Below are positions 47,558-58,607 of a DNA stretch of 64,000 nt, one piece after another; the stretch's first letter is position 1; the number at the start of each line of letters is the position of its first letter. The stretch comes from an uncultured candidate division Zixibacteria bacterium (GTDB lineage Bacteria > Zixibacteria > MSB-5A5 > GN15 > PGXB01), in contig OY969724.1 in assembly GCA_963702205.1 (NCBI GenBank), positions 1,984,001-2,048,000 of the forward strand, written 5' to 3'. Made by a program: the position numbers and the translations under genes. The notes under the pieces are model-generated. The model had not been told where the DNA came from, ran no database searches, and saw nothing but the letters and a program-made list of their open reading frames with translations.

Positions 47558-49367
47558 ATGCTGAACCGGCTCCGGATTTTGACATTTGTCCTGCTTCTGG
47601 CGGCGGCAGGACCGGCTATCGCAGATGATGAAGTGTCGGTCACGATGACGGTCAGCCCCGATACGATCGGGCTGAACGATCAGGCGGTGTTGCTGATAAC
47701 CATAATCGGCAACAGGCAAAATTTCCCGACCCCCAGCCTTCCCAATTTGTCGATGTTCGACTACTATTCGCAGGGCACGTCGACCAATATTTCCATAAAC
47801 AATGGAACGATTCAATCGTCACTGCGCTATCAGTACCCTTCTTAGCCCAAAGCGCAAGGGGACGTTTGTCATCAAACCGGCCGTAGTCGTCGTTGACCAG
47901 AAACGGTATGCATCGAACGAGGTCACTCTGACCGTCCTCGATAAGGGAGTGGCGACGTCGCAATCGGTCCAGGATCAGGCCAAAACCGAGCAGGGGGAGA
48001 ACAGAGACGTTTTCATGGTGGCGAGCGTGGATAAGAAGAAAGCCTACGTCAACGAACAGGTTACCCTTTCGATAAAGTTCTACAGCGCGGTACGATTGTA
48101 TTCGCAACCGTCGTACACGGCCCCTCAGACGACCAATTTCTGGGCCGACGTGCTGGAACCGCAGAAGACGTACTATGAGACGATTAACGGACGCCGGTAC
48201 AGGGCGGTGGAGATAAATACGGCGTTGTTTCCGACGCGTTCGGGGCAGTTGTCGATAGGTCCGGCCAAGGTCGACGTGACCGTGGCGGGTCGAAGTGACA
48301 GCCAGCGCAACAATCCGTTTTCACTGGAGAGCTTTTTCGACCGAGGGACGCCGGTGACGGTTAGCTCCCAATCGGTTAAGATAGAAGTGCTGCCGCTTCC
48401 GACCGACGACAAACCCGACGATTACACCGGGACGGTCGGCAATTTCACGATTCGTTCGACGGCGGATAAAACGGCCACCGAAGTCAATCAGCCGGTAACG
48501 ATAACGTATAAAATCAGTGGCACCGGGAACATAAAGACGATCGCCGAGCCGGATATAAAGGAGCTCAAGGATTTTCGCATTTACCGGGCGTCGAGCAGCG
48601 AGAAGATTTCCAAAATCGATAACGTCGTCGGGGGAACCAAAATATTCGAAGAAGTATATATCCCCAAACGGGCGGGCAAACTGACGATTCCGGCGGTGTC
48701 ATTGAACTTCTTCGATCCCAAAGCCAAAAAATATCGGACAATATCGACCGACCCGGTGCAGGTCGGTGTCAAACCGGCAGACGACATGGAATACAGCGAG
48801 ACACCGTATCAGCCGGTGGCGGGCAGGACGATCAATTCCGAATCAAAAGATATTCGATATATAAAGAATAACCCCGGCAAACTCGAAAAGAAACAGGGAT
48901 TGATTCTTTTCTCGCCATTGTACCTGGTTTTAAACTGTATCCCGATTGTGATCCTGGCCGGAGTCGTGGTTGTCAGAAAACGTCGTGAGAAGCTGGCGTC
49001 GGATATCGGCTATGCCCGATCACGCCGGGCGCGCAAGATGGCCAAAAAAAGACTCAGCCGGGCTCATAAGCTCAAAGATTCCAATCAGCAGGCCGAGTTT
49101 TATGCCGAGCTGAGACAGGCTATCATCAGCTATGTGGCCGACAAAACCAACCGGTCGCCCTACGGGTTCACATCGGATATGCTGATGGAATTATTGCAGG
49201 ACAAAGGCGCGGATGACGCGATCGTCGACAATGTCAAAGAGCTTTTTAGAAGAGCCGATTTCGCGCAGTATTCGTCGGGCGAGTTCAACTCTCCCGATAA
49301 AAACGCCGAATCGCTTATGATGGCGGAAAATTTACTGGTCAAAATTGAAGGGACGCACCTTGGGTAG
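47558..49367 (+). CDS. batD: BatD; frameshifted near 47837
   Basis: Removing one C from TACCCTT joins 47558-47845 to 47802-49367 (about 602 aa); ALFPTRSG.L.I, GTVGNF, ISGTGNI, DIRYIK. Confidence 0.85.
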
Positions 49368-50124
49368 AAAGATATTAATACTCCTGATATTTTTTGCGGT
49401 GTTGGTGCCGGTATTTTCAGCGGCGGCCGATATCAAGGCCGATTCGACCTTCACCAAAGCCAGTAAAGATTATGCCGATAAATTATATCCCGAAGCGCTG
49501 GCCGGGTATTTGAGTCTTGAACAGAACGGTATTGTGTCATCGGCCCTGTATTATAATATCGGCAACTGCTATTACGAGTTGGGTGAACTCGGCTACGCCA
49601 TTTTGTATTATCTTCGGGCACAGCGACTGAACCCCGATGATGAGGATATCAATAACAATTTAGCCTTCGCCCGGCAGTTTATGGCGGTCTCGCTTGAAGG
49701 GGTTAAGATCAATCCCGTCACCGATTTCATGGATTCACTGGTCAAGCGATTTACGTTAAATAGCCTGGCCTGGATTTCATCGGGATTGTTTGTCTTTTTC
49801 ATGCTGTTTCTGGCGGTAGTGTTGTATTTCCGATTTTCCGGACTGACTATACGGCTGCTGGGATATGCTCTGGCGACGGTTCTGATCTGCTCGGCAATCC
49901 TGACAACCTATAAGTACCGGACGGATTATATGACGCCGAAAGGTGTAATTGTGGCCTCGGAAGCCAGGATATACAGCGGGCCGGATGAAAACCAGGAGTT
50001 GGAATTCACGGGCTCATACGGTCTGGTCTTCCAGGTGGAACGCGAAGAAAACAACTATTATCTCGTGATGTTTGAAAATAAACGTAAAGGATGGATTAAC
50101 AAGGACTTGGTGGCCTTGATCTGA
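49360..50124 (+). CDS. batE: BatE TPR/SH3 protein
   Basis: YYNIGNCYY, AILYYLRA..LNP, two TM helices, SH3b-like SGP...GWI; TTG 49360 overlaps the batD end. Confidence 0.85.
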   Translation: MGRKILILLIFFAVLVPVFSAAADIKADSTFTKASKDYADKLYPEALAGYLSLEQNGIVSSALYYNIGNCYYELGELGYAILYYLRAQRLNPDDEDINNNLAFARQFMAVSLEGVKINPVTDFMDSLVKRFTLNSLAWISSGLFVFFMLFLAVVLYFRFSGLTIRLLGYALATVLICSAILTTYKYRTDYMTPKGVIVASEARIYSGPDENQELEFTGSYGLVFQVEREENNYYLVMFENKRKGWINKDLVALI

Positions 50125-50145
50125 TAATTGACGACATAGTTTATA

Positions 50146-50174
50146 TTGACACTTCCTCGATAAATATCTATTAT
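50146..50174 (+). promoter_or_regulatory. Putative sigma70 promoter
   Basis: TTGACA-17 nt-TATTAT. Confidence 0.55.
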
Positions 50175-50225
50175 TTTGCATCGAAATTTAACCCCACGTT
50201 TGTGGGGTTATGTTTTTGGAGAGGT

Positions 50226-51287
50226 ATGATTTCGATACTTAAGAAAAAGCAGTTCTGGGGTTCCGTCATAGCGCTTGTCCTGCTGGCTTATTGTGTCAAG
50301 GACATACGGCTCGATGATATCCGTAATCTGCTGAAGCGTGCCGACTTATATTATCTGGTGCTGGCCGTGATACTCCAGTTTTTATTCATAACCTGTAAAG
50401 CCACGCGTTGGCGGACAATTCTCGAGACGACCAAAAAAATAAAGTGGAAACGAGCTATACCGCTTTTCGCGGCGGGGCAGGCGATAAATATCGTGATGCC
50501 GGCTCTGACCGGACAGGTGGGGAGATTGCTGCTTTTTTCGAGGAAAGAGGATCTGTCCAAAACCTATGTTTTTTCAACGATAATGCTCGAAGTGCTTTTT
50601 GACGCCATCGGATTATTGACGTTTATAATGATTCTTTCGGCGGCGTCGATAGCGTTCCCGGCCCGTTACCGGACCATTGCGGTAATCGTCGCGATTGCGA
50701 CGGTGGTCGTCTTTATACTTCTGTATTTAATACTGTTAAACGAAGACCTTATTGGCAGATTCAGCCGACGTATTTTCAGAAAGCGTTGGCCCGGTTTTTA
50801 TATTACACTCAAGAAATTCGTAAGATCGTTCACGCGCGGCCTGAAGATGCTGCGCTCGACCCATTATTTTTTCCGTACGCTGGGATTTTCGATACTGGGC
50901 TGGTTGTCGCAAATGATGGTTATTTATTCGCTTTTTTACGCCTTCGGGTTTAAGTTGCCTCTGATTTCGGCGACACTGTTGATGGTTATAAATACTATCG
51001 CCCTGATGATTCCGATCACCCCGGGCAACGCCGGGACTTTTGAGCTGGCTGTGGTGGCGCCGCTTTTGGCTTTTAACATTGTCAAGTCGGACGCCGTATT
51101 ATATGCCCTGGCGCTGCATATAATCGACCTGATGCCGATTTTTATAATGGGCTATCTCTTCTTTTATACTGAGAAGATGACGCTTAAACAGATCAAGGAA
51201 GAAGGCAGCAAGAAAGAAGTATTGGACGAATTTTATGAACTGCGGAAGGCCCAGCTCGATGACAATAATGGAGACCCCGACTCGTGA
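50226..51287 (+). CDS. Lysylphosphatidylglycerol synthase TM-domain (UPF0104 flippase-like) protein
   Basis: GAGG RBS before ATG 50226; RW..IL, N.VMPA..G...R, E..FD, IP.TPG..GTFE. Confidence 0.85.
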   Translation: MISILKKKQFWGSVIALVLLAYCVKDIRLDDIRNLLKRADLYYLVLAVILQFLFITCKATRWRTILETTKKIKWKRAIPLFAAGQAINIVMPALTGQVGRLLLFSRKEDLSKTYVFSTIMLEVLFDAIGLLTFIMILSAASIAFPARYRTIAVIVAIATVVVFILLYLILLNEDLIGRFSRRIFRKRWPGFYITLKKFVRSFTRGLKMLRSTHYFFRTLGFSILGWLSQMMVIYSLFYAFGFKLPLISATLLMVINTIALMIPITPGNAGTFELAVVAPLLAFNIVKSDAVLYALALHIIDLMPIFIMGYLFFYTEKMTLKQIKEEGSKKEVLDEFYELRKAQLDDNNGDPDS

Positions 51288-52270
51288 TTAAGTCGTTTTA
51301 CTGGAGGCCGGACAAACCGGTCGAACAGATTGATGGAATCGCGGATTTCGATGCCCTTTTTGCCGAGCTCGATATTCTGCTCTGGATCGACATGACCAAT
51401 CCGGACGACAAGGAATCGTTTATTCTCACCCATGATTTCCACTTTCACCCGCTGGCTATCGAGGACGTTATCGAGGAAGACGACGTCATCACGGAAATGC
51501 CGATTTCCAAAGTGGACGACTATAAAAACTATCTCTATGCCGAATTCCAGATTGTCGATTATGTCAATAAAAGCGACGGGATACAACTCGAAGAGGTTAG
51601 TATATTTCTCACGCGCAATACGGTCGTGACGGTTCACGAAAAGCCGCACCGGATTTTCAACCGGTTGTATAACCGGGCCCTGAAAGACGAACGCCTGATG
51701 TCGCGCGGTTCGGAATTTTTGTTTCACACCCTGCTCGATTCGATGGTCGATAATTATACTCTGGTCCTGGATTATTTCGAGAAGGCGGTCGATGAGATAG
51801 AAGAGAAAGTGCTCAGCGAACCTGATGAAGAAACGGTCAAGAATATATTTACTCTCAGGCGCGATATTTATGAACTGAAACGGGTGGCGTTGCCGCAAAG
51901 GGAGTTGATCAGCCACATCAGCAGGGGACAATACAGCATCATCTCCGAACGGGCGGCCCTGTATTTCCGGGATATACACGATCATATGACCCGAATTATC
52001 GAATTGGCCGAATCGCACCGGGATACGTTGATTTCAGCGCTGGAAGTATATTTTTCGAGCGTGTCGACCAAAACCAACGAGATTATCAAATTTCTGACGA
52101 TATTTACGGTTATTTTGATGCCGCCGACGTTTCTGGTCGGGCTATGGGGGATGAATTTCAGGTATATGCCGGAACTGGACTGGGAGTACGGATATGTCTT
52201 TTTCTGGGTGTTAATGGTGGTTATCACCATTTTAATGATTCTCTTTTTCAAGAAAAAGAAGTGGATATAG
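51284..52270 (+). CDS. corA: Magnesium/cobalt transporter CorA
   Basis: FHPLAIED, PPTFLVGLWGMNF..MPEL (GMN signature). Confidence 0.93.
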   Translation: MIKSFYWRPDKPVEQIDGIADFDALFAELDILLWIDMTNPDDKESFILTHDFHFHPLAIEDVIEEDDVITEMPISKVDDYKNYLYAEFQIVDYVNKSDGIQLEEVSIFLTRNTVVTVHEKPHRIFNRLYNRALKDERLMSRGSEFLFHTLLDSMVDNYTLVLDYFEKAVDEIEEKVLSEPDEETVKNIFTLRRDIYELKRVALPQRELISHISRGQYSIISERAALYFRDIHDHMTRIIELAESHRDTLISALEVYFSSVSTKTNEIIKFLTIFTVILMPPTFLVGLWGMNFRYMPELDWEYGYVFFWVLMVVITILMILFFKKKKWI

Positions 52271-52332
52271 GCGTTTGTGGTCAAAATAGTCTCAATTTTT
52301 TAATAATTCGCTAAAATAAAGAAACAATATTA

Positions 52333-52402
52333 TTGACAGCCGCGTAAATGTGGTTATTTTAGATACTTATTGGTATTTATATAGATACTGAATAGTAGGT
52401 AT
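52333..52402 (+). promoter_or_regulatory. Promoter and candidate TetR operators
   Basis: TTGACA-16-TATTTT followed by imperfect palindromes TAGATACT-N4-GGTATTTA and ATACTGAATAGTAGGTAT. Confidence 0.5.
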
Positions 52403-52413
52403 ATGAAAGGCGC

Positions 52414-53001
52414 GTGATAATGAAACAAAGTCCGAAACTGCCCGCCGAAATAAGGCGGGCGCAGCTGATCCGGGCGGCGGAGAAACTTTTCCGTAAAAAA
52501 GGATATCCTGGGACGACGGTGGATCATATCGCCAAAGCGACCAAGTTGACCAAGGGGGCGGTTTATTTTCATTTTGGCAGCAAAGAGGAGCTCTTTTTCG
52601 AGGTGATCCGTCAATATTGGACCCAAAATATCGCGCCCTTTTATGATTTCAATAAAACCACCGGCGACGCCGATGCATTTTTCGAAGACATCATCGGTTT
52701 CGGATTCGATTTGATTAGGACTGAACAACATCTCCCCGTCACTTTCTGGGAGCAGGCCCTAAAGATTCCACGCATAAGAAAATACTGGATGGAAGAACAT
52801 CAAAAGATAATCACGGCTCTCGCCAATGAAGCTTCGAAACGGACACATCTCAAGCCCGCCAATTGCGAGTCCTTAATTCGCAATCTCGGGGCCGTTCTCG
52901 ACGGTATGATAATTCAACGTCGGATATGCAAAGAGTGTTTGGACCTCGAAATTCAGCAGAAGTCATTAATAGAATTAGTCAAAGCATATTTAAAAGGGTA
53001 G
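52414..53001 (+). CDS. TetR/AcrR family regulator
   Basis: AA..LF..KGY..TTV..IA......KGAVYFHF.SKEEL helix-turn-helix. Confidence 0.93.
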   Translation: MIMKQSPKLPAEIRRAQLIRAAEKLFRKKGYPGTTVDHIAKATKLTKGAVYFHFGSKEELFFEVIRQYWTQNIAPFYDFNKTTGDADAFFEDIIGFGFDLIRTEQHLPVTFWEQALKIPRIRKYWMEEHQKIITALANEASKRTHLKPANCESLIRNLGAVLDGMIIQRRICKECLDLEIQQKSLIELVKAYLKG

Positions 53002-53016
53002 GAGACTGTCAATTCA

Positions 53017-54351
53017 ATGTTATACCGATATTTAGTCATTGCTGTCGTTTTGTTTGGGCTGGCCGCTTCGGCTTTTCCGGAAACCGTCCTGACCGTTGAA
53101 AAATGCCGGGAACTGGCTCTTGAGTACAACCGCCAGCTATTGCAGGCGAAAAAAGAGGTCGACCGCGCCCAGGGCGAGATCATCTCAGCCCGTTCGGGAG
53201 CGCTGCCGGTTTTGAGCCTTGACGGCCGCTATACGAGAAACGTCGATAAGGGCGACATATTTTTGCCCGGTGAGTTTTTCGATGAACCGGGATTCGTCAA
53301 AGTCCCGGCGGCACAGAATAATGATTTCAATTTGTCGCTGTCGCTGACACAGCCGTTGTACGTCGGGGGCAAAGTCGGGACGGCGCTCAAGATTGCCAGA
53401 ATCTACAGTAATTTGTCCAAAGAGAAGGTCAAAGAGGTCGAAGCATCGATCGTGTTTGGGGCTGAATCGGTTTTTTTCGAGGCCGTTCTGACACAGTCAC
53501 AGTTGGAAGTCATACAAAAATCATACGAGCAGTTGAGCCACAATCTGGCCGTCGCCGAAAAGAATTACGACCAGGGCATGATTTCGGAGTATGAGCTTCT
53601 GCGCGCCAGGGTGGAAAAACTAAACGTTGAGCCGCAGCTTCTGGCGGCACAGTCGAACGTGAAAATTTCGGCCAAGCGACTCAAGACCTATTTGGGGCTC
53701 GACCTGAACGAGGATACTAGACTGGTCGCGGACCTGGCGGACACCGCAGCCGTGGCTTTACCTTCGCTGGATTCGCTCACGACGCTGGCGATGAAGAACC
53801 GTTCCGAACTGACGCAGGCGGAACTCGAAAAGCGCGGCTACGATAAAGCCGTACGAATCGCCCAGGGGGACTGGCTGTATCCGAATCTTTATGCGAATGC
53901 ATCGTACAGTCTAATCGCTTCCAGCGATGATTTTCGTATCGGCAATCAGAATCTCTCCAGGAGCCTGACCGTCTCGCTGATTTTGAATGTCCCGTTGTTC
54001 GACGGGGGAAGGACGATCGGCGAAGTGCGTAAGGCGCGGGTCGATTTTTACCAGGCGATGCTTCGCGAACAGCAGTTGAAGGATGATGTCAGACTTGAAG
54101 TGGAAGAAGCATATGATCAATTCATGCAGTCGCGAAAAGCATTGACGGCTCAGTCGGAAACTATTGCCCAGGCCGAGGAAGGAATGCGGATCGCCAACCT
54201 GCGGTATGAATCCGGGGTCGGGACCCAACTCGAGGTTTTATCGGCGCAGACGGCCCTGACACAGGCGAGGAGTCAATTGGCTCAGACCATATTCCAGTAT
54301 CGCCTGGCCCGGGCGGCGCTTAAGAAAGCTACCGGGTTGGAAATAAATTAA
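53017..54351 (+). CDS. TolC-family outer-membrane efflux protein
   Basis: Signal peptide, SLTQPLY.GG, VPLFDGG, RYESGVGTQLEV. Confidence 0.9.
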   Translation: MLYRYLVIAVVLFGLAASAFPETVLTVEKCRELALEYNRQLLQAKKEVDRAQGEIISARSGALPVLSLDGRYTRNVDKGDIFLPGEFFDEPGFVKVPAAQNNDFNLSLSLTQPLYVGGKVGTALKIARIYSNLSKEKVKEVEASIVFGAESVFFEAVLTQSQLEVIQKSYEQLSHNLAVAEKNYDQGMISEYELLRARVEKLNVEPQLLAAQSNVKISAKRLKTYLGLDLNEDTRLVADLADTAAVALPSLDSLTTLAMKNRSELTQAELEKRGYDKAVRIAQGDWLYPNLYANASYSLIASSDDFRIGNQNLSRSLTVSLILNVPLFDGGRTIGEVRKARVDFYQAMLREQQLKDDVRLEVEEAYDQFMQSRKALTAQSETIAQAEEGMRIANLRYESGVGTQLEVLSAQTALTQARSQLAQTIFQYRLARAALKKATGLEIN

Positions 54352-54367
54352 ATACGCGAGGAGATAG

Positions 54368-55431
54368 ATGAAGTACTTTACTAATTCCGTCAAATACTTA
54401 ACGGTGCTTTGCGGCGCCATCCTGTTCTATGCCTGTTCCGGTTCTCAAACCGAAGGAGTGGTCAACGAGAAAGTAATTTCGGTCAAAGGCGAATATCTGA
54501 CGACTTCCTCGCAGGCGCTGACTCGTGAATTTACCGGTACCATTGAAGGCGAACAGCAAACCGTGATCCGGTCCAAAATCAACGAGGCGGTCGAGAAAAT
54601 AAATGCCGTCGTGGGGCAGGAAGTAAACGCCGAGAACGTGATAATCTCGCTCGACAAGAGCGGGCCGAGTTCGAATTTCGTGCAAGCCCGGTCGGTTTTT
54701 CAGAACGCCGAGAAAAATTACAACAAGATGAAATATTTGTACGATCAGGGTGCGATTGCCGAAACGCAGTTCGACGGAGCCAGGACCGATTATGAGGTCT
54801 CGAAAGCCAATTACGAAGCGGCCCGTCGGCTGGTCGAACTGACGACCCCGATATCCGGCATGGTGACGTCGGTCGACGTTTCCCCGGCGATTTCGTGACG
54901 GTCGGTCAGCAGGTGGCAACGGTGGCGACGGTCGGCAAGCTTCGAATGAAACTGGGTGTTACCGGTGATGAAATCGATTATTTCGACGTCGGTGATAAGG
55001 TCAAAATTGTCACGGAGGATTCCTCGGGAGCCGAAGCGACGGGGAAAGTGATAAAGGTGGCTCGTTCGGCCGACCCGGCCACAAGGTCGTTTCTGGTCGA
55101 GCTGGAAATCGATAATTCTGCGCGGCTGCTGATGCCGGGCGAGTTCGCCAGGGCGCAGATCGTGGTCGAAACTTTCGACGACATCATGGCCGTGCCGCGC
55201 GATGCCATTCTCGATAGAAACAATAAGGACTATGTTTTTACGGTAAACGGTGACCGTTCCAAACTCAATGAGGTTAAGCTCGGCGCGGATTTCATAGGTT
55301 CGGCCCAGGTGCTCGAAGGCCTGAAAGTCGGCGACACTATTGTTACGGTCGGTCAGGAATATCTCGAGGACAGCACGTTGATCAAGCTGGTCAAGTTTGT
55401 CAACGCCAATGGCGAGGAGGTCGAGCTGTGA
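54368..55431 (+). CDS. RND efflux periplasmic adaptor; frameshifted near 54885
   Basis: Lipobox FYAC; adding one C to TCCCCGG gives SPGDFVTVGQ and joins 54368-54898 to 54895-55431 (about 354 aa); DPATRSF, L.PG.F. Confidence 0.85.
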
Positions 55432-58400
55432 AATTAGCCGATGTTGCCATACGCCGACCCGTCTTTACCATCATGATGATCGCGGCTTTAGTGGTGCTGG
55501 GGTTGACGTCGTATTTCGAAATGAATACCGACCTGTTTCCCGAAGTCGACTTTCCGTTTGTCGTCGTGCAGGTTTTCTATCCCGGAGCCAGTGCCGAGAC
55601 TGTGGAATCCGAGGTTGCCAAGGAGATTGAAGACGCCATCGGGCCGGTTGAAGGAGTCAAGCATATTACGTCGATATCGCAGGAGGGGTATGCGCTGGTC
55701 TTCGCGGAATTCATGCTCGAAATCGATGGTAAGGATGCTGCGCAGGACGTCCGCGAAAAAGTAGCCCAGATACGCGATAACCTGCCGGATGACATCAAAG
55801 AACCGATCATCGCGACTTTTGATCCATCGAGCGAACCGATTTTATCTTTGACGGTGTCTGGCGACCGGCCGCTGCGGGATATCACCGACATCGTTAAGGA
55901 AGATATTCAAAAACGCCTGGAATCGGTTCCCGGTGTCGGAAACGTGGAACTGGTCGGGGGGTTCGAGCGCGAGATAAATGTCTTTCTGGACATCGACAAA
56001 CTGGAATCGTACGAAATACCGGTCACCAAAGTGCAGCAGAAAATTCAGGCCGCCAACCTCGAGATTCCGGGGGGACGGGTAAATGAGAAGAACCGAGAGT
56101 ACCTTGTGCGCACGATGGGGAAACTGACCTCGGTCAAGCAGTTCAATGATATCGTGATCGACAATCCTCATGGTCATCCGGTGTATCTCAAGGATATCGC
56201 CAGGGTCATCGACGGTATTCAGGAACAGCGGTCTCTGGCACGGGTCAATGGTCATGAGGCGATTACGCTCAATATCACGCGGCAGTCGGGCGGCAATACC
56301 GTGGAAGTCGCGCGCGGGATCAAGCAAGAAGTCGAAAATATCAAGAAAAGCCTTCCACCGGATATGGATATAAATATCGTCGTGGATAATTCGAGGTTTA
56401 TCGAAGACGCCATTCACGACGTGCTGGTAAATATCTACTATGGAAGCTTTTTGGCGATTTTGGTGATCTTTCTGTTCCTGGCCGATATTCGATCGACGAT
56501 CATTTCCGGTATCGCCATCCCGACGTCAATTATCGCCACTTTTACTTTCATGCACGTCCTGGGATTTACCATTAATATGATGTCGATGCTGGCGCTGGCG
56601 CTGGCGGTGGGGTTGTTGATCGACGATGCCATTGTCGTAATAGAAAATATTTTTCGGCGATTGCAGGAGGGCGAACCGCCGATGCAGGCGGCCTTCAAGG
56701 GGACCAAAGAAATCGGCCTGGCCGTCATGGCGACGACTTTCACGATTATGGTCGTGTTCCTGCCGGTCGCCTTCATGAAAGGCATTGTCGGCCGGTTTTT
56801 CTTCCAGTTCGGTATGACCGTAGCTTTTTCGGTGCTGGTATCGCTCTTTGTAGCATTTACGCTGACGCCGATGTTATCGTCGCGCTGGCTGAAGCCCGAG
56901 GGGTATGTCGGCAAGCCGCCTAAATTCTTTCTGGCGCGATGGATGTACCGACTATATCACTTAGTTTTAAAGATTACTATACCGTGGAATATATTCTTCA
57001 ACGGAATCAATAAGAGGTACAGAGGCATTCTGGAATGGTCGCTGGGGCATCGTTTTATAGTCATGCTCATTGCGGCGGTCGTATTCTTGGGCTCGCTTTA
57101 CCTGGCGCAGTTTACGGGGACGGAATTCATGCCGGAGTCGGATGAAGGCCGCGTGGTTATAATGATCGAAACACCTCCGGGAACCGATCTGGATATGACG
57201 TCCCAGCGCCTGGCCGACGTGGAACAGTTGATTCGCGATAATTTTGACGGGATCGACCTGATATTTACGACTATCGGCAGCGGCCAGAAGCCGGTCAATG
57301 AAGGCACGATTCTGGTCAAGCTGGTCGATCAAGACCTGCGGGAGCTTTCGGCCCAGATGATGATCGATAGTGTCCGCCAGGTTCTGGCCGGTTATCCCGG
57401 AATCAAATACGGCGTTTCCAAGGAAGCGCAGCAGCAGGGGGGCGGCGGCCGGGCGGCCGAACTGGCTATCCGTGGAAATGATCTGGATGTCCTGAAAGAT
57501 CTGGCTTACAAAGTTGAAGGCTTGTTCCGAACCGTCCCCGGGGCCGTCGATCTCGAAAATAACCTTCAAGAGGGTAAGCCTGAACTGAGGGTTAATATCG
57601 ACCGCAAGATGGCCAACGATCTGGGTCTGAATGTCTACGGCATTGGGCTGACGATCAGAAATCTGGTCGAAGGCGACGTGGTCACGCGCTACAAAGAAGG
57701 CGATCGCGAATACGACGTGCGAGTGCGACTGAACGAACGGGATCGTGACAATACGGCCCAGGTGGGGCGGCTGCTCATTGAAAGCAATAAGGAACTCCCC
57801 GATATCAGGACATTTCTGGTGCCCCTGTCGAAAGTGGCGTTTTTGGAAAAGGCGACGTCGATCGGCGAGTACGACCGGCTGGATCGTATGCGGCAGGTGA
57901 CGGTCGGCGCCAACGCCACGATGGCGACTTTTTCCGGGACAATTATCCAGGAAGTCGAGAAAAAACTCCCGGAATTGAATATCCCTCCGGGCTACAGCAT
58001 TACACGAACGGGCACGGCGGACATTATGCAGGAATCGTTCGGCTATATGTTTCAGGCGCTGCTTCTGGCGGTGATATTTATTTATCTGCTTTTGGCATCG
58101 CAATTCGAGTCGTTCTTCGATCCTCTGTCGATCATGTTTTCGCTGCCTTTGTCTTTGATCGGAGCGATACTGGCGCTTCTGATTACCGGCGATTCGATTT
58201 CGATTATGTCGTTGATCGGTATTATTATGTTGATGGGGCTGGTGACCAAGAACGCCATATTGTTGATTGACTTTGTGAAACAGAACCGGTATCGTGGTGT
58301 TGCAAGAAAAGAGGCTATTTTGATAGCCGGCCCGATTCGACTCCGGCCGATATTTATGACGTCGATTTCCCTGATTCTGGGTGTTTTGCCGATTGCGCTG

Positions 58401-58607
58401 GGGATTGGCCAGGGAGCCGAATTCAGGGCACCGATGGCTCGTGCGGTCATGGGCGGAATGATCAGTTCGACGGCGTTAACGTTGGTGGTCGTTCCCGTCG
58501 TATATACGATAATTGATGATGTTGTGGCCTTTTTCAAAGGCGGCGAAACGGTAAAAGTTAGAGAGGGAAGTCTGGACGATGCCGAAGCAGCTGGTCAAGC
58601 CGGTTAA
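55428..58607 (+). CDS. AcrB/AcrD/AcrF-family RND transporter
   Basis: IRRPV, YPGASAETVE, GLLIDDAIVVIENI, GLVTKNAILL, RLRPI.MT. Confidence 0.95.
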   Translation: MKLADVAIRRPVFTIMMIAALVVLGLTSYFEMNTDLFPEVDFPFVVVQVFYPGASAETVESEVAKEIEDAIGPVEGVKHITSISQEGYALVFAEFMLEIDGKDAAQDVREKVAQIRDNLPDDIKEPIIATFDPSSEPILSLTVSGDRPLRDITDIVKEDIQKRLESVPGVGNVELVGGFEREINVFLDIDKLESYEIPVTKVQQKIQAANLEIPGGRVNEKNREYLVRTMGKLTSVKQFNDIVIDNPHGHPVYLKDIARVIDGIQEQRSLARVNGHEAITLNITRQSGGNTVEVARGIKQEVENIKKSLPPDMDINIVVDNSRFIEDAIHDVLVNIYYGSFLAILVIFLFLADIRSTIISGIAIPTSIIATFTFMHVLGFTINMMSMLALALAVGLLIDDAIVVIENIFRRLQEGEPPMQAAFKGTKEIGLAVMATTFTIMVVFLPVAFMKGIVGRFFFQFGMTVAFSVLVSLFVAFTLTPMLSSRWLKPEGYVGKPPKFFLARWMYRLYHLVLKITIPWNIFFNGINKRYRGILEWSLGHRFIVMLIAAVVFLGSLYLAQFTGTEFMPESDEGRVVIMIETPPGTDLDMTSQRLADVEQLIRDNFDGIDLIFTTIGSGQKPVNEGTILVKLVDQDLRELSAQMMIDSVRQVLAGYPGIKYGVSKEAQQQGGGGRAAELAIRGNDLDVLKDLAYKVEGLFRTVPGAVDLENNLQEGKPELRVNIDRKMANDLGLNVYGIGLTIRNLVEGDVVTRYKEGDREYDVRVRLNERDRDNTAQVGRLLIESNKELPDIRTFLVPLSKVAFLEKATSIGEYDRLDRMRQVTVGANATMATFSGTIIQEVEKKLPELNIPPGYSITRTGTADIMQESFGYMFQALLLAVIFIYLLLASQFESFFDPLSIMFSLPLSLIGAILALLITGDSISIMSLIGIIMLMGLVTKNAILLIDFVKQNRYRGVARKEAILIAGPIRLRPIFMTSISLILGVLPIALGIGQGAEFRAPMARAVMGGMISSTALTLVVVPVVYTIIDDVVAFFKGGETVKVREGSLDDAEAAGQAG

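Noticed and set aside
46919..47815. Poly-Leu membrane protein ORF on the minus strand
   Set aside because: Antisense reading of the BatC poly-Gln tract.
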